DNA of 64,000 bases. It comes from Candidatus Levyibacteriota bacterium. GTDB taxonomy: Bacteria; Patescibacteriota; Microgenomatia; Levybacterales; UBA12049. This document shows positions 1 to 9,019 of this stretch, one piece after another (within the stretch, counting starts at the first letter, position 1; every line of letters starts with the position of its first letter). Where the stretch lies: positions 463,679-527,678 of the forward strand of contig JBEKQZ010000001.1 in the NCBI GenBank assembly GCA_049519175.1, read 5' to 3'. The notes below the pieces were generated by a model. It had not been told where the DNA came from, searched no databases, and saw only the letters and a list, made by a program, of their open reading frames with translations. Made by a program: the position numbers and the translations under genes.

Positions 1-279
1 AAAATACTGATAGGAGATTGGAAGAAGCCTTCCATCAAAATCATTCTGAATTATTTTATCTAAAGAATTAAGGAAATTTTTGTCACCATCAATTTTCTTC
101 TCGGTATCTAAACCTTTTTTGATAATTTCTTCTGGAAAATCTCTCAATTTATCTTTATTTTTTTGAAAATATTTAAAAAGAAGGAAGTAAAAAGTTCCTT
201 CGCCATCTATCCCAAATTGTCTTAAATACCTTTCAACCTCTCTAGTTAAGAAGAAAATGTCATCACTCATTTGAGTCAT
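1..279 (-). CDS. hypothetical protein, 3'-truncated at the window edge (N-terminus MTQMSDDIFFLTREVERYLRQFGIDGEGTFYF...)
   Basis: Hand translation of the minus strand from the ATG at 279-277 runs open to position 1 without a stop. It is divergent from the recombinase gene and has the AT-rich island codon usage. Confidence 0.35.
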   Translation of the reverse strand, partial: MTQMSDDIFFLTREVERYLRQFGIDGEGTFYFLLFKYFQKNKDKLRDFPEEIIKKGLDTEKKIDGDKNFLNSLDKIIQNDFDGRLLPISYQYF

Positions 280-401
280 TTTATAATATATACACCCCAA
301 ATTAAAAGCCCCACTTAAAAGAATGAAGTAATAAATTATAAGAAAAGGAACGTATATCCTCCCCTAATTGCATAAATATTAAGGGTTTATTTTTTCATAA
401 G

Positions 402-1106
402 ATGTCTTATAATAAATATATTAATATGACGTTTTCATTAAACCAGCAATCTAATCGTACATCTAAAACCTACTCTTACTTACGTGTTTCCCAAGCATCA
501 CAAGACTTAGAAAAGAACAAATTCGAGATATTGGCACTGGCGAATGCAAAACTTTTAGGAAACGTACAATTCGTTGAAGAAATAATATCTGGCAAGGTGC
601 CTTGGAGAAAAAGGAAAATAGCGGAAATACTTGAAGAGGCTCAAAAAGGAGACGCTCTTATTGTTTCGGAATTATCTCGACTGGGTCGTTCAATGTTAGA
701 AATAATGGAGATATTATCCGTGGCAACTCAAAAAGGATTATCTGTATATTCTGTAAAAGGAAGTTGGGAACTTAACGACTCAATTCAAAGCAAACTCATC
801 GCAATGTGTTTTTCCATGGCAAGTGAAATTGAACGTGATTTGATTTCAAAACGCACGATTGAAGCTTTACAAGCAAGAAAGTTGAGTGGAATGAAACTTG
901 GAAGACCAAAAGGAATTGGAAAATCCAAATTAGACCAATACAGGCCAGAAATCGAGGCGTTGTTAGCAAATGGAAGTAGTCAAAAATTTATTTCAGGTAG
1001 ATACAATACAACACCAGCTAATCTTAATCTATGGTTGAAAAAACATGAAATAAAGAAATCACAAGTTTTTATTTCTAGATCTGAGAAAGTGTCCAGCGGA
1101 ATTTGA
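402..1106 (+). CDS. serine recombinase (resolvase/invertase family)
   Basis: The N-terminal block YLRVSQASQD contains the catalytic-Ser motif of the resolvase N-domain. It has an Arg-rich core and a C-terminal HTH-like segment (GRPKG...). An alternative start lies at 426. Confidence 0.8.
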   Translation: MSYNKYINMTFSLNQQSNRTSKTYSYLRVSQASQDLEKNKFEILALANAKLLGNVQFVEEIISGKVPWRKRKIAEILEEAQKGDALIVSELSRLGRSMLEIMEILSVATQKGLSVYSVKGSWELNDSIQSKLIAMCFSMASEIERDLISKRTIEALQARKLSGMKLGRPKGIGKSKLDQYRPEIEALLANGSSQKFISGRYNTTPANLNLWLKKHEIKKSQVFISRSEKVSSGI

Positions 1107-1151
1107 GTTATTAAAACTAGTTGATTTTTAAGAAGAACCTGACGAGTTTTA

Positions 1152-1370
1152 TTAGAATGAAAACAATTCTTTTAGAGATACCTTTAATTCCTTGGCAAGC
1201 TTACCGATATTATCAAGTGCTGGGTTACGCTCCCCTCTTTCAATGCCAGAAATATAGGTTCTATCGAGTCCAGTTCGAAAACCCAATTCTTCTTGAGAAA
1301 TTTCCACCAGCTTCCTCAAAGCTCTTATTCTTTCACCAAAACTTTTCCTTAACACAGTTGATTTACTCAT
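1152..1370 (-). CDS. XRE-family helix-turn-helix transcriptional regulator
   Basis: The 72-aa protein carries IRALRKLVEISQEELGFRTGLDRTYISGIERGERNP, a classic Cro/CI HTH_3 signature. It is divergent from the downstream repeat-protein gene. Confidence 0.75.
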   Translation of the reverse strand: MSKSTVLRKSFGERIRALRKLVEISQEELGFRTGLDRTYISGIERGERNPALDNIGKLAKELKVSLKELFSF

Positions 1371-1453
1371 GTATACATACTATAATTACCCAAAAGTGGA
1401 TTATTAGTCTACGGAATATAAGTCACAATTCTTTCCGAAAGGAGGTGAAATAT

Positions 1454-2173
1454 ATGGAATCGGAAGTAAAAAAGAAAAACTGGTTTGTTAAACACAAATT
1501 TATTACAGTTTTTTTAGTCATTATTATTGTTTTTGTTATTATCGTAGCATCAAGTGGTAACAACAATTCAGGTAGCTCTAGCAACAGTACGAATACCAAT
1601 AACAATAATCAAAATACATCTGCAACAACACAAGCTACACCAGAAGCACCAGCAACGCGACAAGTTAAAGGTACGGCAACAACATTAAGTACAGGTGACT
1701 TTACTGGTGGTAAAGATGTTGTGGTTGGTTTGTATGACGTTACAACTACTAGTGGTCAAAGTGGTAACTTTATTGTTTCAGGTTCGGACAGTTACGATGA
1801 GATTCTAGGCGTTAGTGACGGACAAGGTGTACCAAATGTAAGAGTACAGATTTCCAACGGCGACCAAATTAAAATATCAGGATTAACTAGCGTCACGTTT
1901 ACGCCTGTATCAACGCCGTTTATTACTACTCATACACCAGTTACGCTTTATGCTGGAACATTTACAGTTGGTCAGGATATTGGTGCTGGTAGGTATGTCG
2001 CAACCACGACAACTGGCAGTAGTGGTAATTTTATAGTATCCGGTATTGACAGTGTCGATGAGATTTTGGGTCAAAGCGATGGGCAAGGCGTACCAAGCGT
2101 TACTACTAACTTAACTGATGGTGATGTTATTAGTATCTCGGGGTTAAGCCAAGTTATTATGACCCCTAAGTAG
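1454..2173 (+). CDS. membrane-anchored surface protein with N/S/T-rich linker and two ~100-aa tandem repeats
   Basis: A strong SD (AAAGGAGGTGAAATAT) lies upstream of the ATG at 1454. The protein has an N-terminal TM segment, a low-complexity NNNSGSSSNSTNTNNNN linker, and two repeats sharing SGNFIVSG.DS.DEILG.SDGQGVP...GD.I.ISGL. The ORF-track start at 1121 was rejected because it overlaps the XRE gene. Confidence 0.6.
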   Translation: MESEVKKKNWFVKHKFITVFLVIIIVFVIIVASSGNNNSGSSSNSTNTNNNNQNTSATTQATPEAPATRQVKGTATTLSTGDFTGGKDVVVGLYDVTTTSGQSGNFIVSGSDSYDEILGVSDGQGVPNVRVQISNGDQIKISGLTSVTFTPVSTPFITTHTPVTLYAGTFTVGQDIGAGRYVATTTTGSSGNFIVSGIDSVDEILGQSDGQGVPSVTTNLTDGDVISISGLSQVIMTPK

Positions 2174-2471
2174 AATACTGTTCAGAATGTTTTTGGACAG
2201 TCAACGTGCAAGTATAATCTTGTCTTTTTTCGGCTGGGCGGGAGCAGTCCTACCCAGAAGAAAGGAGAAAAGTGCAAATGCAGTTCATGATCTAGCGTAT
2301 ATCTGTAGCCTCGTACAATGGCGTACAACAAAAGTTTTGATGAATTTGGCATAAATGGTGTAAGCAATTTTATCGTTTAGACTGCCAATACAATCCAAAA
2401 TCATTATATATCCTTATAGAATTCCTTAGTAAAGTTGTGTTTTAGGTTTATACTATCAGTGTATTAATAAA

Positions 2472-4298
2472 ATGAACTTTGATCCACCAAAATTATATAA
2501 AAGAATTGTTTGCATAAGTGATGACTATATTCTTTCAGCACAACTATCCTCGTGCTTTCACAAGAGAAATACATATTTTGCAGTTTTAGAACCACCACGA
2601 TCTCTTCATAAGTATTGGAGAAATGAATTTATTAAATTAAACAATGTTTTGGCAAAGATAAATGCAGAAAAAATAATTTTCTTAAGCATTAAGGAAGACA
2701 TGATGACGTTAATCAAGGATCAGTTGCATATTCCAGAGAGTAAATACACATATATTGCTGATGAAAAAGAACTTTTAAGATTTTTAGATAAATACAGCAG
2801 CGTTTTTAAAGGAGTTATTGAATGTCCCCCAGATAGAAAGAAGGTTGCTTATGCACTCTTAGAAGCAAAGAGAAAAGAATTTAAACTTTTGATAAAACCT
2901 GAAGCAGAATACAAACCCAAAATTGACAAAGAAAACAATCATTTAATTGCATCGGATTCCATAGACTTATTATTACCCACAATGTTAGCAAATTATGCCT
3001 TTTCAATAAATGCAGACATTAGATTCTTTAAAGGCGAAGCGCATTACTCCCCTAAGGAAATGTATAGCATGATATCTGATACCAGAGGATCGGACGAAAG
3101 AGGCAAAACTGCCAGAGGAGTTAAAAAAGAAATCAAAACAAAACTAGAATCTGAATTAAAAAATATAAATGGTTATGAATTTATTACTTTTTTTACTGAT
3201 GATTTTCAATATGGTTATTTCTTTCCAGATATACCTAATACGCATATTTTTAATAAACTTCTAGTAGGTCAATTTATTGCGGACGCTATTGCGAAACCAT
3301 TTATAGAAGTTGATTCTGCGTTGTTAGTCGATACTGGATTTTTCTCTAATTCAGAAACAGATGATATTAAGGCTTTATTGTTAAAACAAAATGTTTTTAC
3401 TAAAGAGCTTCGCGATGACAAATTTAATAATGTTGATTTGGATAATTTTATTCAGATATATCCGTATGATTTTTTATTCATATGCAGCCATGGAGTATTC
3501 CCCGAAGGCACCCGTTTCAAAATAGGATTTAACGACAGCAAAGGCATAGATCATATTATTGTCGTAGACGTAATTGACTCATTTGGAATAACAGATAAGG
3601 GAGAACCCGATAATCCGATTGTAGATGTAAAAACAACTACGGAATTTGTTGAATTAGACAATCAACCTTGGTATCAAAAAAAATATAAACCCGGTTCGTC
3701 AAAAACAATTGTAGAAGATTTTATAGCTATTGATAGAAAGGACTGGAATGTACTCGAAAAAGAAGATGTAACAATGAACTATAGCAACGTAATCGTAACC
3801 AAAGATAAACTTGGAGCATATATCCCTATGATACATGGCATAGCTGATCCTTTTTCTTCCCCGTTTATATTTAATAATGCTTGCGTATCTACTTATACAA
3901 TGGGTGTAAATTTTATTTTTGCAGGTGCTAGTTTCTATATTGGGACAATAAGAAATGTTAAAGACTCAGTTGCGGTTAAAACTGCCACTATGTTCTTTGA
4001 AAAAACGATCACTCAAAATAAAAGCTTAGCCTTTTCATTATGGGAGGCTCAGGTAGATGCAAAGATTCCGATTGAAGATAGAGTCCACACTTGTGTAGGA
4101 TGCCATTTTCAAAAATTCTCGTTTAATAAAATACAAGATGCCAAGGAATTATTAAAAAATAGAATCATAAGATCTTCAATGATGAGGCTAAGGAGTAGTA
4201 GAAAAAGAGATTTAGAGAAAAATGTTAAAGGGAGACACATTGACGCTATAAAATTTCTTAGAAAAGTTATGTTTTCTATTGTTGCAGAAAGCAGCTAA
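2472..4298 (+). CDS. CHAT/caspase-like cysteine protease domain protein with an uncharacterised ~330-aa N-terminal region
   Basis: The C-terminal half has a hydrophobic strand followed by SHG (DFLFICSHGVF), matching the caspase His motif. A later strand ends in Cys (PFIFNNACVST), and the tail resembles CHAT C-termini (FAGASFYIGTIRNVKDS...SLAFSLWEAQ). The N-terminal half matches nothing recognisable. Confidence 0.5.
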   Translation: MNFDPPKLYKRIVCISDDYILSAQLSSCFHKRNTYFAVLEPPRSLHKYWRNEFIKLNNVLAKINAEKIIFLSIKEDMMTLIKDQLHIPESKYTYIADEKELLRFLDKYSSVFKGVIECPPDRKKVAYALLEAKRKEFKLLIKPEAEYKPKIDKENNHLIASDSIDLLLPTMLANYAFSINADIRFFKGEAHYSPKEMYSMISDTRGSDERGKTARGVKKEIKTKLESELKNINGYEFITFFTDDFQYGYFFPDIPNTHIFNKLLVGQFIADAIAKPFIEVDSALLVDTGFFSNSETDDIKALLLKQNVFTKELRDDKFNNVDLDNFIQIYPYDFLFICSHGVFPEGTRFKIGFNDSKGIDHIIVVDVIDSFGITDKGEPDNPIVDVKTTTEFVELDNQPWYQKKYKPGSSKTIVEDFIAIDRKDWNVLEKEDVTMNYSNVIVTKDKLGAYIPMIHGIADPFSSPFIFNNACVSTYTMGVNFIFAGASFYIGTIRNVKDSVAVKTATMFFEKTITQNKSLAFSLWEAQVDAKIPIEDRVHTCVGCHFQKFSFNKIQDAKELLKNRIIRSSMMRLRSSRKRDLEKNVKGRHIDAIKFLRKVMFSIVAESS

Positions 4299-4305
4299 AC
4301 AAAAT

Positions 4306-4719
4306 TCAATGCCCAAAGACAAAGGTTACTCCTGTTAATCTTAAAACTGCATAAACCGTTATCAGAAAAACTAAATAACCAATAATGAAAGCTGAACCTA
4401 ACGCAGAGATAAAAGCCTCTATTTTCCCATATTTCCTTTTATTAAATACTTTTAGAGACAAATTAAAGATATCGATAGAAAGATAGATAAAAAATAATAT
4501 AGCTGTAATTAAAAGAATTACCAAAAGCACTATGCTTTTGGTAAATAAGAAGGCAAGAAAAATTGTTTCAGAAATTATTAACCATTCTAAAAATCTAAAC
4601 CATTTAGGTGTCATTTCCATAAAAAAATTACTAGTCCTATTTAGTTTACTAATTAAATTGTTAAGCAATTTGCTATTTATAAACTTTGAATATAGCTCGT
4701 GATAATAAGGTAATTTCAT
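4306..4719 (-). CDS. small integral membrane protein (3-4 TM)
   Basis: Hydrophobic 137-aa ORF. It is the last gene of the minus-strand operon and is convergent with the CHAT gene, 7 nt apart. Confidence 0.5.
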   Translation of the reverse strand: MKLPYYHELYSKFINSKLLNNLISKLNRTSNFFMEMTPKWFRFLEWLIISETIFLAFLFTKSIVLLVILLITAILFFIYLSIDIFNLSLKVFNKRKYGKIEAFISALGSAFIIGYLVFLITVYAVLRLTGVTFVFGH

Positions 4720-4750
4720 TGATGAGATTATATCAAATAGGGAAAATTTC

Positions 4751-5401
4751 TTATTGTCTTCTTTGATGTGGAAAAGGAGTTACATTTCTTTTTTCAGCCT
4801 GAGGAAGTCCTCTGTAATATGCTTGATACTCCGTTAGATTGAGAGAATACCATTCATTGTATGCATATCTAGTAAAATATTGTGCAAGCGTTTGTCTAAA
4901 ATGTTCCAATGCTATCTTATTTAGAGTTCCTTTTCTCATCGATGCCAAATTATTTAATAAACTTTCTCTAGGAAGTTGGAATATCGTCTTAAAATCTGCA
5001 GCCATTTTCGTTGTGAATCCTATTCCTTCTGGCAAGTAGTAAAAACTATAGCCTCTTTTAGGAGATGTTTTAATCATTAGGCTAAGGAGTTCATTTTGAT
5101 TTGCTGGAAGAGTAGGTTTGCCCAAAACATTTACTAGGGTATCAATCTTAGCAAATGATATAAATTTCTTCCTTACGTTATCGCAATCTTGTGATATTAC
5201 TATACCTGATGTAGGCACCGCTTTAACAGTAAGGTGAATGTTATCTTGATTCTTAATTTCGGTCCATGTCTTTCTTTGTGGCTCATCTTCTAGATTAATT
5301 GATGCTTCCAATGCATTAAAATCTTCTAAATCAATAAAAGGTAAATCAACAAAAATGTCACCCTGTCTAATTGTTCTTACATTGGTTGCTTTGTAAATCA
5401 C
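4751..5401 (-). CDS. hypothetical protein (216 aa)
   Basis: Long ORF with island codon usage, 5 nt downstream of the preceding operon gene. No recognisable motif except a GIVISQDCDNV segment. Confidence 0.5.
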   Translation of the reverse strand: MIYKATNVRTIRQGDIFVDLPFIDLEDFNALEASINLEDEPQRKTWTEIKNQDNIHLTVKAVPTSGIVISQDCDNVRKKFISFAKIDTLVNVLGKPTLPANQNELLSLMIKTSPKRGYSFYYLPEGIGFTTKMAADFKTIFQLPRESLLNNLASMRKGTLNKIALEHFRQTLAQYFTRYAYNEWYSLNLTEYQAYYRGLPQAEKRNVTPFPHQRRQ

Positions 5402-5406
5402 TGCTC

Positions 5407-5832
5407 TTAAGCATCATCGGAATCTTCATCTAAATATGATGCCAATTGTCCTTCATTGAAAATATCCTCTTTTCTCAATGCCAAAGCACGCTCAAACGAT
5501 TGAGACGCTCTAATATAGGAATCTTTTCTTTTGGGAATAGAATAAAAAGAGGGATATAGTATTACTTCATTATCAAAGAAAGGATTGGGATAATTCGTGT
5601 CTATCTGACCAAATATGCCTTCAAAACCAATGACTCCTAAACTTTGTTCGGGTTGAGTTTTAATGCCCCCAGCCGTTGTAGCTCCAGAGATATATATAGA
5701 CATTGCATCATGTAAGGGTTTCAAGTTTTCCGCCGTGAAACTGTTATTAATGAATCCACCAGTTAATTGATTATTCATCATAGACGAGTCGTCATTAGCT
5801 GTTTCTGTTGCTGATACAGGTGTTATCCACAT
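5407..5832 (-). CDS. hypothetical protein (141 aa, acidic C-terminus)
   Basis: ORF in the operon, 2 nt from the upstream gene. Confidence 0.5.
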   Translation of the reverse strand: MWITPVSATETANDDSSMMNNQLTGGFINNSFTAENLKPLHDAMSIYISGATTAGGIKTQPEQSLGVIGFEGIFGQIDTNYPNPFFDNEVILYPSFYSIPKRKDSYIRASQSFERALALRKEDIFNEGQLASYLDEDSDDA

Positions 5833-5834
5833 GT

Positions 5835-6311
5835 TTATTTAACCTCTCTTTTCTCAACGTTGAAACTTTTAGAGCCAATAATTTTATCATTTAAAAATAC
5901 ATTTAGAGTGTGTTTTCCAATAGCTTTGAATTCAAGATTGCCTATGTCAAGTATTAAGTTTAGTGTTGGCTTTTTCTTCGCAGGTATGTTAGGCGTAGTA
6001 AATTCTGCTTTTATAGGAGGGTCAACAATTAAATTTTCATTATTGGGTCCAGCAATTTTAATTTCTAAAGTATTTTTTATACCTTCCTTGCCTTCAACCC
6101 CGATACTTACAACTGCAGTAAATTTTGGAAGCCTACCTGGAATATCTTGTAGGTAAATTATGCTAAATATCCCAAGCATATTTAATTTACCTGAACCATC
6201 AATAGTTGCAGCATCACACAAGTGAATAAAATTTATCTCAAATTGACTCATAAGGGGATTATACATCAAGACCATAAGTCTATTCAAACTGTCACTAGCT
6301 ATATTGCACAA
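5835..6311 (-). CDS. hypothetical protein (158 aa)
   Basis: ORF in the operon. The antisense ORF 5860..6156 is treated as spurious. Confidence 0.5.
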   Translation of the reverse strand: MCNIASDSLNRLMVLMYNPLMSQFEINFIHLCDAATIDGSGKLNMLGIFSIIYLQDIPGRLPKFTAVVSIGVEGKEGIKNTLEIKIAGPNNENLIVDPPIKAEFTTPNIPAKKKPTLNLILDIGNLEFKAIGKHTLNVFLNDKIIGSKSFNVEKREVK

Positions 6312-6411
6312 TTGATGATTTAAGACGTAACTTAGAAGCTAAATTCCCTACTCTAAGATTCTTTTAAAGCGAATAGCTTACAATTTTAAGAATATTTAAG
6401 CAGTAAAATAT

Positions 6412-7491
6412 TTACTTACTCTTTACATCAATTAGCCTTTTCATAAGATATAAGCTAAATTCTACTGTCATATTTTTAGACAATCTTGCATCTTCAATTT
6501 TTGATTTAAGCCTATGCACGCCCAAATTAGATAAAAAATGTCGCAATGAGATAAGAATATCACCTTGCTCCTGAGAAATTAGCTTATGTTCTATAAAAAA
6601 TTTTGCTACTCTATTAGCATCTTTTTCATCAAGATTTTTACCATCTTTACTATCTATCTCTAATGCTAGCATTTGATATAAACGCTCTGTGAAACTTCTA
6701 ATCAAATCCATGCAGTCCTTATAATCAAAATCATCTGCTGCGTTGACCAACTTTTGTTCTACTTTGTTTAAAGTTGCTGATAAATCGTTGGGGAAGCTAT
6801 ATCTTTTAAATTCTTCTTCTAATTCTAGCTTATCCTTATTTATTTCGGGATTATACCCAGACATTATTTCATTGGTTAAATTTTTTGTAATAATGACATT
6901 AATGGTCTTAAATAATAAATCGAATACTTTTACATGATTTTCATACAAGCTAGAGTAATCGTAGATGGTTTGCCCCAGCTCGTTTCTTCGTTTTACAACA
7001 TCGTCTACCCATGAATCTAGTTCAGAGATTTCGTTAGGCTTGAATATTTGCCTTTCATGTTTAAGAATATCCATAATTTCATCCAATAGAAGAATGGAAT
7101 GGTAATTGGCTCTAGAATCATAATCTGCCTGGTAATTTTGCTTAATAACTGAGAGGGCATCCAAAAATAACCCGAGGTGAATCAACGTATCCAAAGCTGT
7201 GCAACTAGCTAGATATTTCCTGTTTGGCAATAAATATTCCAACAGTAAATTTTTAAACTCTTCTTTTTGTTGTTCTGATAACTGATTGTATAAATCTCTT
7301 AATAAGATAACCTGTTTATTTACAAAATCAAAATCCGATGTGTCTTCTTCTACGATTATTTCGTCATTATTATCAGATCTTGCAACATAATTTTGTTTAT
7401 TACGCACGAGAAGATAATTTGTTTTAGCGGGTTCAATTGAGCTATTTTCTAATATTTTTCTTATCTTAAACTCTAGGTCTGTAGCTGTCAT
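6412..7491 (-). CDS. hypothetical protein (359 aa, largely alpha-helical)
   Basis: First gene of the minus-strand operon. Its C-terminal region LISLRHFLSNLGVHRLKSK is weakly reminiscent of Abi/HEPN-type proteins; this is an inference only. Confidence 0.5.
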   Translation of the reverse strand: MTATDLEFKIRKILENSSIEPAKTNYLLVRNKQNYVARSDNNDEIIVEEDTSDFDFVNKQVILLRDLYNQLSEQQKEEFKNLLLEYLLPNRKYLASCTALDTLIHLGLFLDALSVIKQNYQADYDSRANYHSILLLDEIMDILKHERQIFKPNEISELDSWVDDVVKRRNELGQTIYDYSSLYENHVKVFDLLFKTINVIITKNLTNEIMSGYNPEINKDKLELEEEFKRYSFPNDLSATLNKVEQKLVNAADDFDYKDCMDLIRSFTERLYQMLALEIDSKDGKNLDEKDANRVAKFFIEHKLISQEQGDILISLRHFLSNLGVHRLKSKIEDARLSKNMTVEFSLYLMKRLIDVKSK

Positions 7492-7633
7492 ATTATAAAA
7501 TTTCTTGACCCAATAATAGCAGGAATTTTATTCTTATACAAACAAGAAGTTGCATTTTTATAAGGATTTTGCTAACCTTTTATAAGGAATTTTGAGTTCT
7601 TGTAGGCAGAACCCTGTGTTTGCAAGGAGAAGG

Positions 7634-7660
7634 CAAAGGGTTCGACTCCCTCCGCCCGCT
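7634..7660 (+). other. orphan tRNA 3' fragment (T-arm plus acceptor 3' strand), candidate att site remnant
   Basis: aaGGG-TTCGACT-CCCtc followed by cgcccgc-t has T-stem/loop and acceptor-strand geometry. No complementary 5' acceptor strand or D/anticodon arms lie upstream. It coincides with the GC shift at the island boundary. Confidence 0.3.
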
Positions 7661-7750
7661 CATCATAAAGTCAGATCATAAAAAGCGTAGCTCAAGACTC
7701 AGCCTCAAAAACTTGACAAAAAGCCTAAAATCTGCCAGTCTTATTTATCA

Positions 7751-8329
7751 ATGAGAAAAGTCTTCCTGCTCACTGCGTTTACGCTTTTAACTCCATTTGT
7801 TTTGGTTTTAACTTTGTCCCTTCTAATCTATACCTGCTCACTAAAGAATAATTTATTAATGTTTAGTAAAAATCCACGCGTTGCTTACGCCGCACTCCCT
7901 CCGGCTTCGGGTTCTTTACAAATGACTATTGTCGCCCAGGACGCCAGAGTAATGGTGGTCAAAGATTTTCTGAAAAGATACAACTCGGACCTTCTACCTT
8001 ATGCCCAAAATATCATTAACGCGGCCGATAAATACAACCTTGATTATAGGCTCGTTCCGGCCATCGCCATGCAGGAATCAAATCTTTGCCATAAAGCCCC
8101 CAAGAACTCACATAATTGTTGGGGATTTGCCATTTACGGTAAAAATGTCTTAAAGTTTAATAATTATGCCGATGCAATCAATACTGTGACAAAAACATTG
8201 GCAATTCAGTATAAACAACAAGGACTGGAAACGCCGGAACAGATAATGACCAAATATACTCCCGGTAGTAATGGCAGCTGGGCCAAAAGCGTTAGCTATT
8301 TCATGACCCAACTCACAGTTAGCCTATAG
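7751..8329 (+). CDS. secreted GH73-like peptidoglycan hydrolase (glucosaminidase domain)
   Basis: N-terminal TM/signal. AADKYNLDYRLVPAIAMQESN...HNCWGFAIYG resembles the mannosyl-glycoprotein endo-beta-N-acetylglucosaminidase core. It is a paralog of the next gene. Confidence 0.45.
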   Translation: MRKVFLLTAFTLLTPFVLVLTLSLLIYTCSLKNNLLMFSKNPRVAYAALPPASGSLQMTIVAQDARVMVVKDFLKRYNSDLLPYAQNIINAADKYNLDYRLVPAIAMQESNLCHKAPKNSHNCWGFAIYGKNVLKFNNYADAINTVTKTLAIQYKQQGLETPEQIMTKYTPGSNGSWAKSVSYFMTQLTVSL

Positions 8330-8337
8330 TTAACCCC

Positions 8338-8366
8338 TTGACAAACCTATAGTTACCTGATATAAT
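8338..8366 (+). promoter_or_regulatory. consensus sigma70-type promoter TTGACA-N17-TATAAT
   Basis: TTGACA at 8338-8343, a 17-nt spacer, and TATAAT at 8361-8366, upstream of the second hydrolase gene. Confidence 0.5.
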
Positions 8367-8385
8367 CCTTTTCAGATCCTAAGGT

Positions 8386-8991
8386 ATGTCTTTCCAAATA
8401 CATACGTTAGGATTTTTTAATGGTCGAAAGACCAAAAACAATATGAAGAATATCATATTGCTCGCCCTGATGGCAGCAATAATCCTTATTCCTCAAAAAG
8501 CATACGCTCAAGAGTCCTCTGCATCTTCCGCAAATATCCAACTCCCAACAGTCGCAAAGACGGGAGTCGATAACCGTGTCAAAATTTTGACTAGCTATCT
8601 AAATCAGTATGATTCTCCTTTGGCGCCTTACGCTTCCGACTTTGTCGCGGCGGCCGATAAATATAACCTTGACTGGAGGCTGGTAGCCGCTATTTCAGGC
8701 GTAGAATCAACTTTTGGCAAGGAAATACCAGTTAATTCGTATAACGCCTGGGGTTGGGGAATATATGGCGACAATGTTATCGATTTTAAATCTTGGGACG
8801 ATGGCATCGAAACTGTTTCGCAAGGTTTAAGAGATAAATATATAGATCAATGGGGTGGACAAGATATCTATCAAATTGGGGCAATGTATGCCGCTTCACC
8901 CGCTTGGGCTGGACATGTTGAATTATATCTAGATAACATCCAAACATTTGCACTAAACGATCCTCAAGACACCCTTTCGATTTCTTTGTAA
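8386..8991 (+). CDS. secreted GH73-like peptidoglycan hydrolase (paralog)
   Basis: AADKYNLDWRLVAAISGVEST...YNAWGWGIYG matches the glucosaminidase core. A signal peptide MKNIILLALMAAIILIPQKAYAQ suggests the true start may be 8443. Confidence 0.45.
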   Translation: MSFQIHTLGFFNGRKTKNNMKNIILLALMAAIILIPQKAYAQESSASSANIQLPTVAKTGVDNRVKILTSYLNQYDSPLAPYASDFVAAADKYNLDWRLVAAISGVESTFGKEIPVNSYNAWGWGIYGDNVIDFKSWDDGIETVSQGLRDKYIDQWGGQDIYQIGAMYAASPAWAGHVELYLDNIQTFALNDPQDTLSISL

Positions 8992-9019
8992 ATCTTGTAT
9001 AATCGTTTAACCGGAGCTC

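Noticed and set aside
1121-1453. The ORF-track N-terminal extension of the repeat-protein gene
   Set aside because: It overlaps the XRE regulator gene on the other strand and lacks an RBS. The strong SD plus ATG at 1454 is the credible start.
7590-7675. A full tRNA or the 3' end of a tmRNA
   Set aside because: Only the T-arm and acceptor 3' strand are present. No complementary 5' acceptor strand, D-arm or anticodon arm lies upstream within 350 nt, and the upstream DNA is coding on the other strand. It is kept as an att fragment, not an RNA gene.
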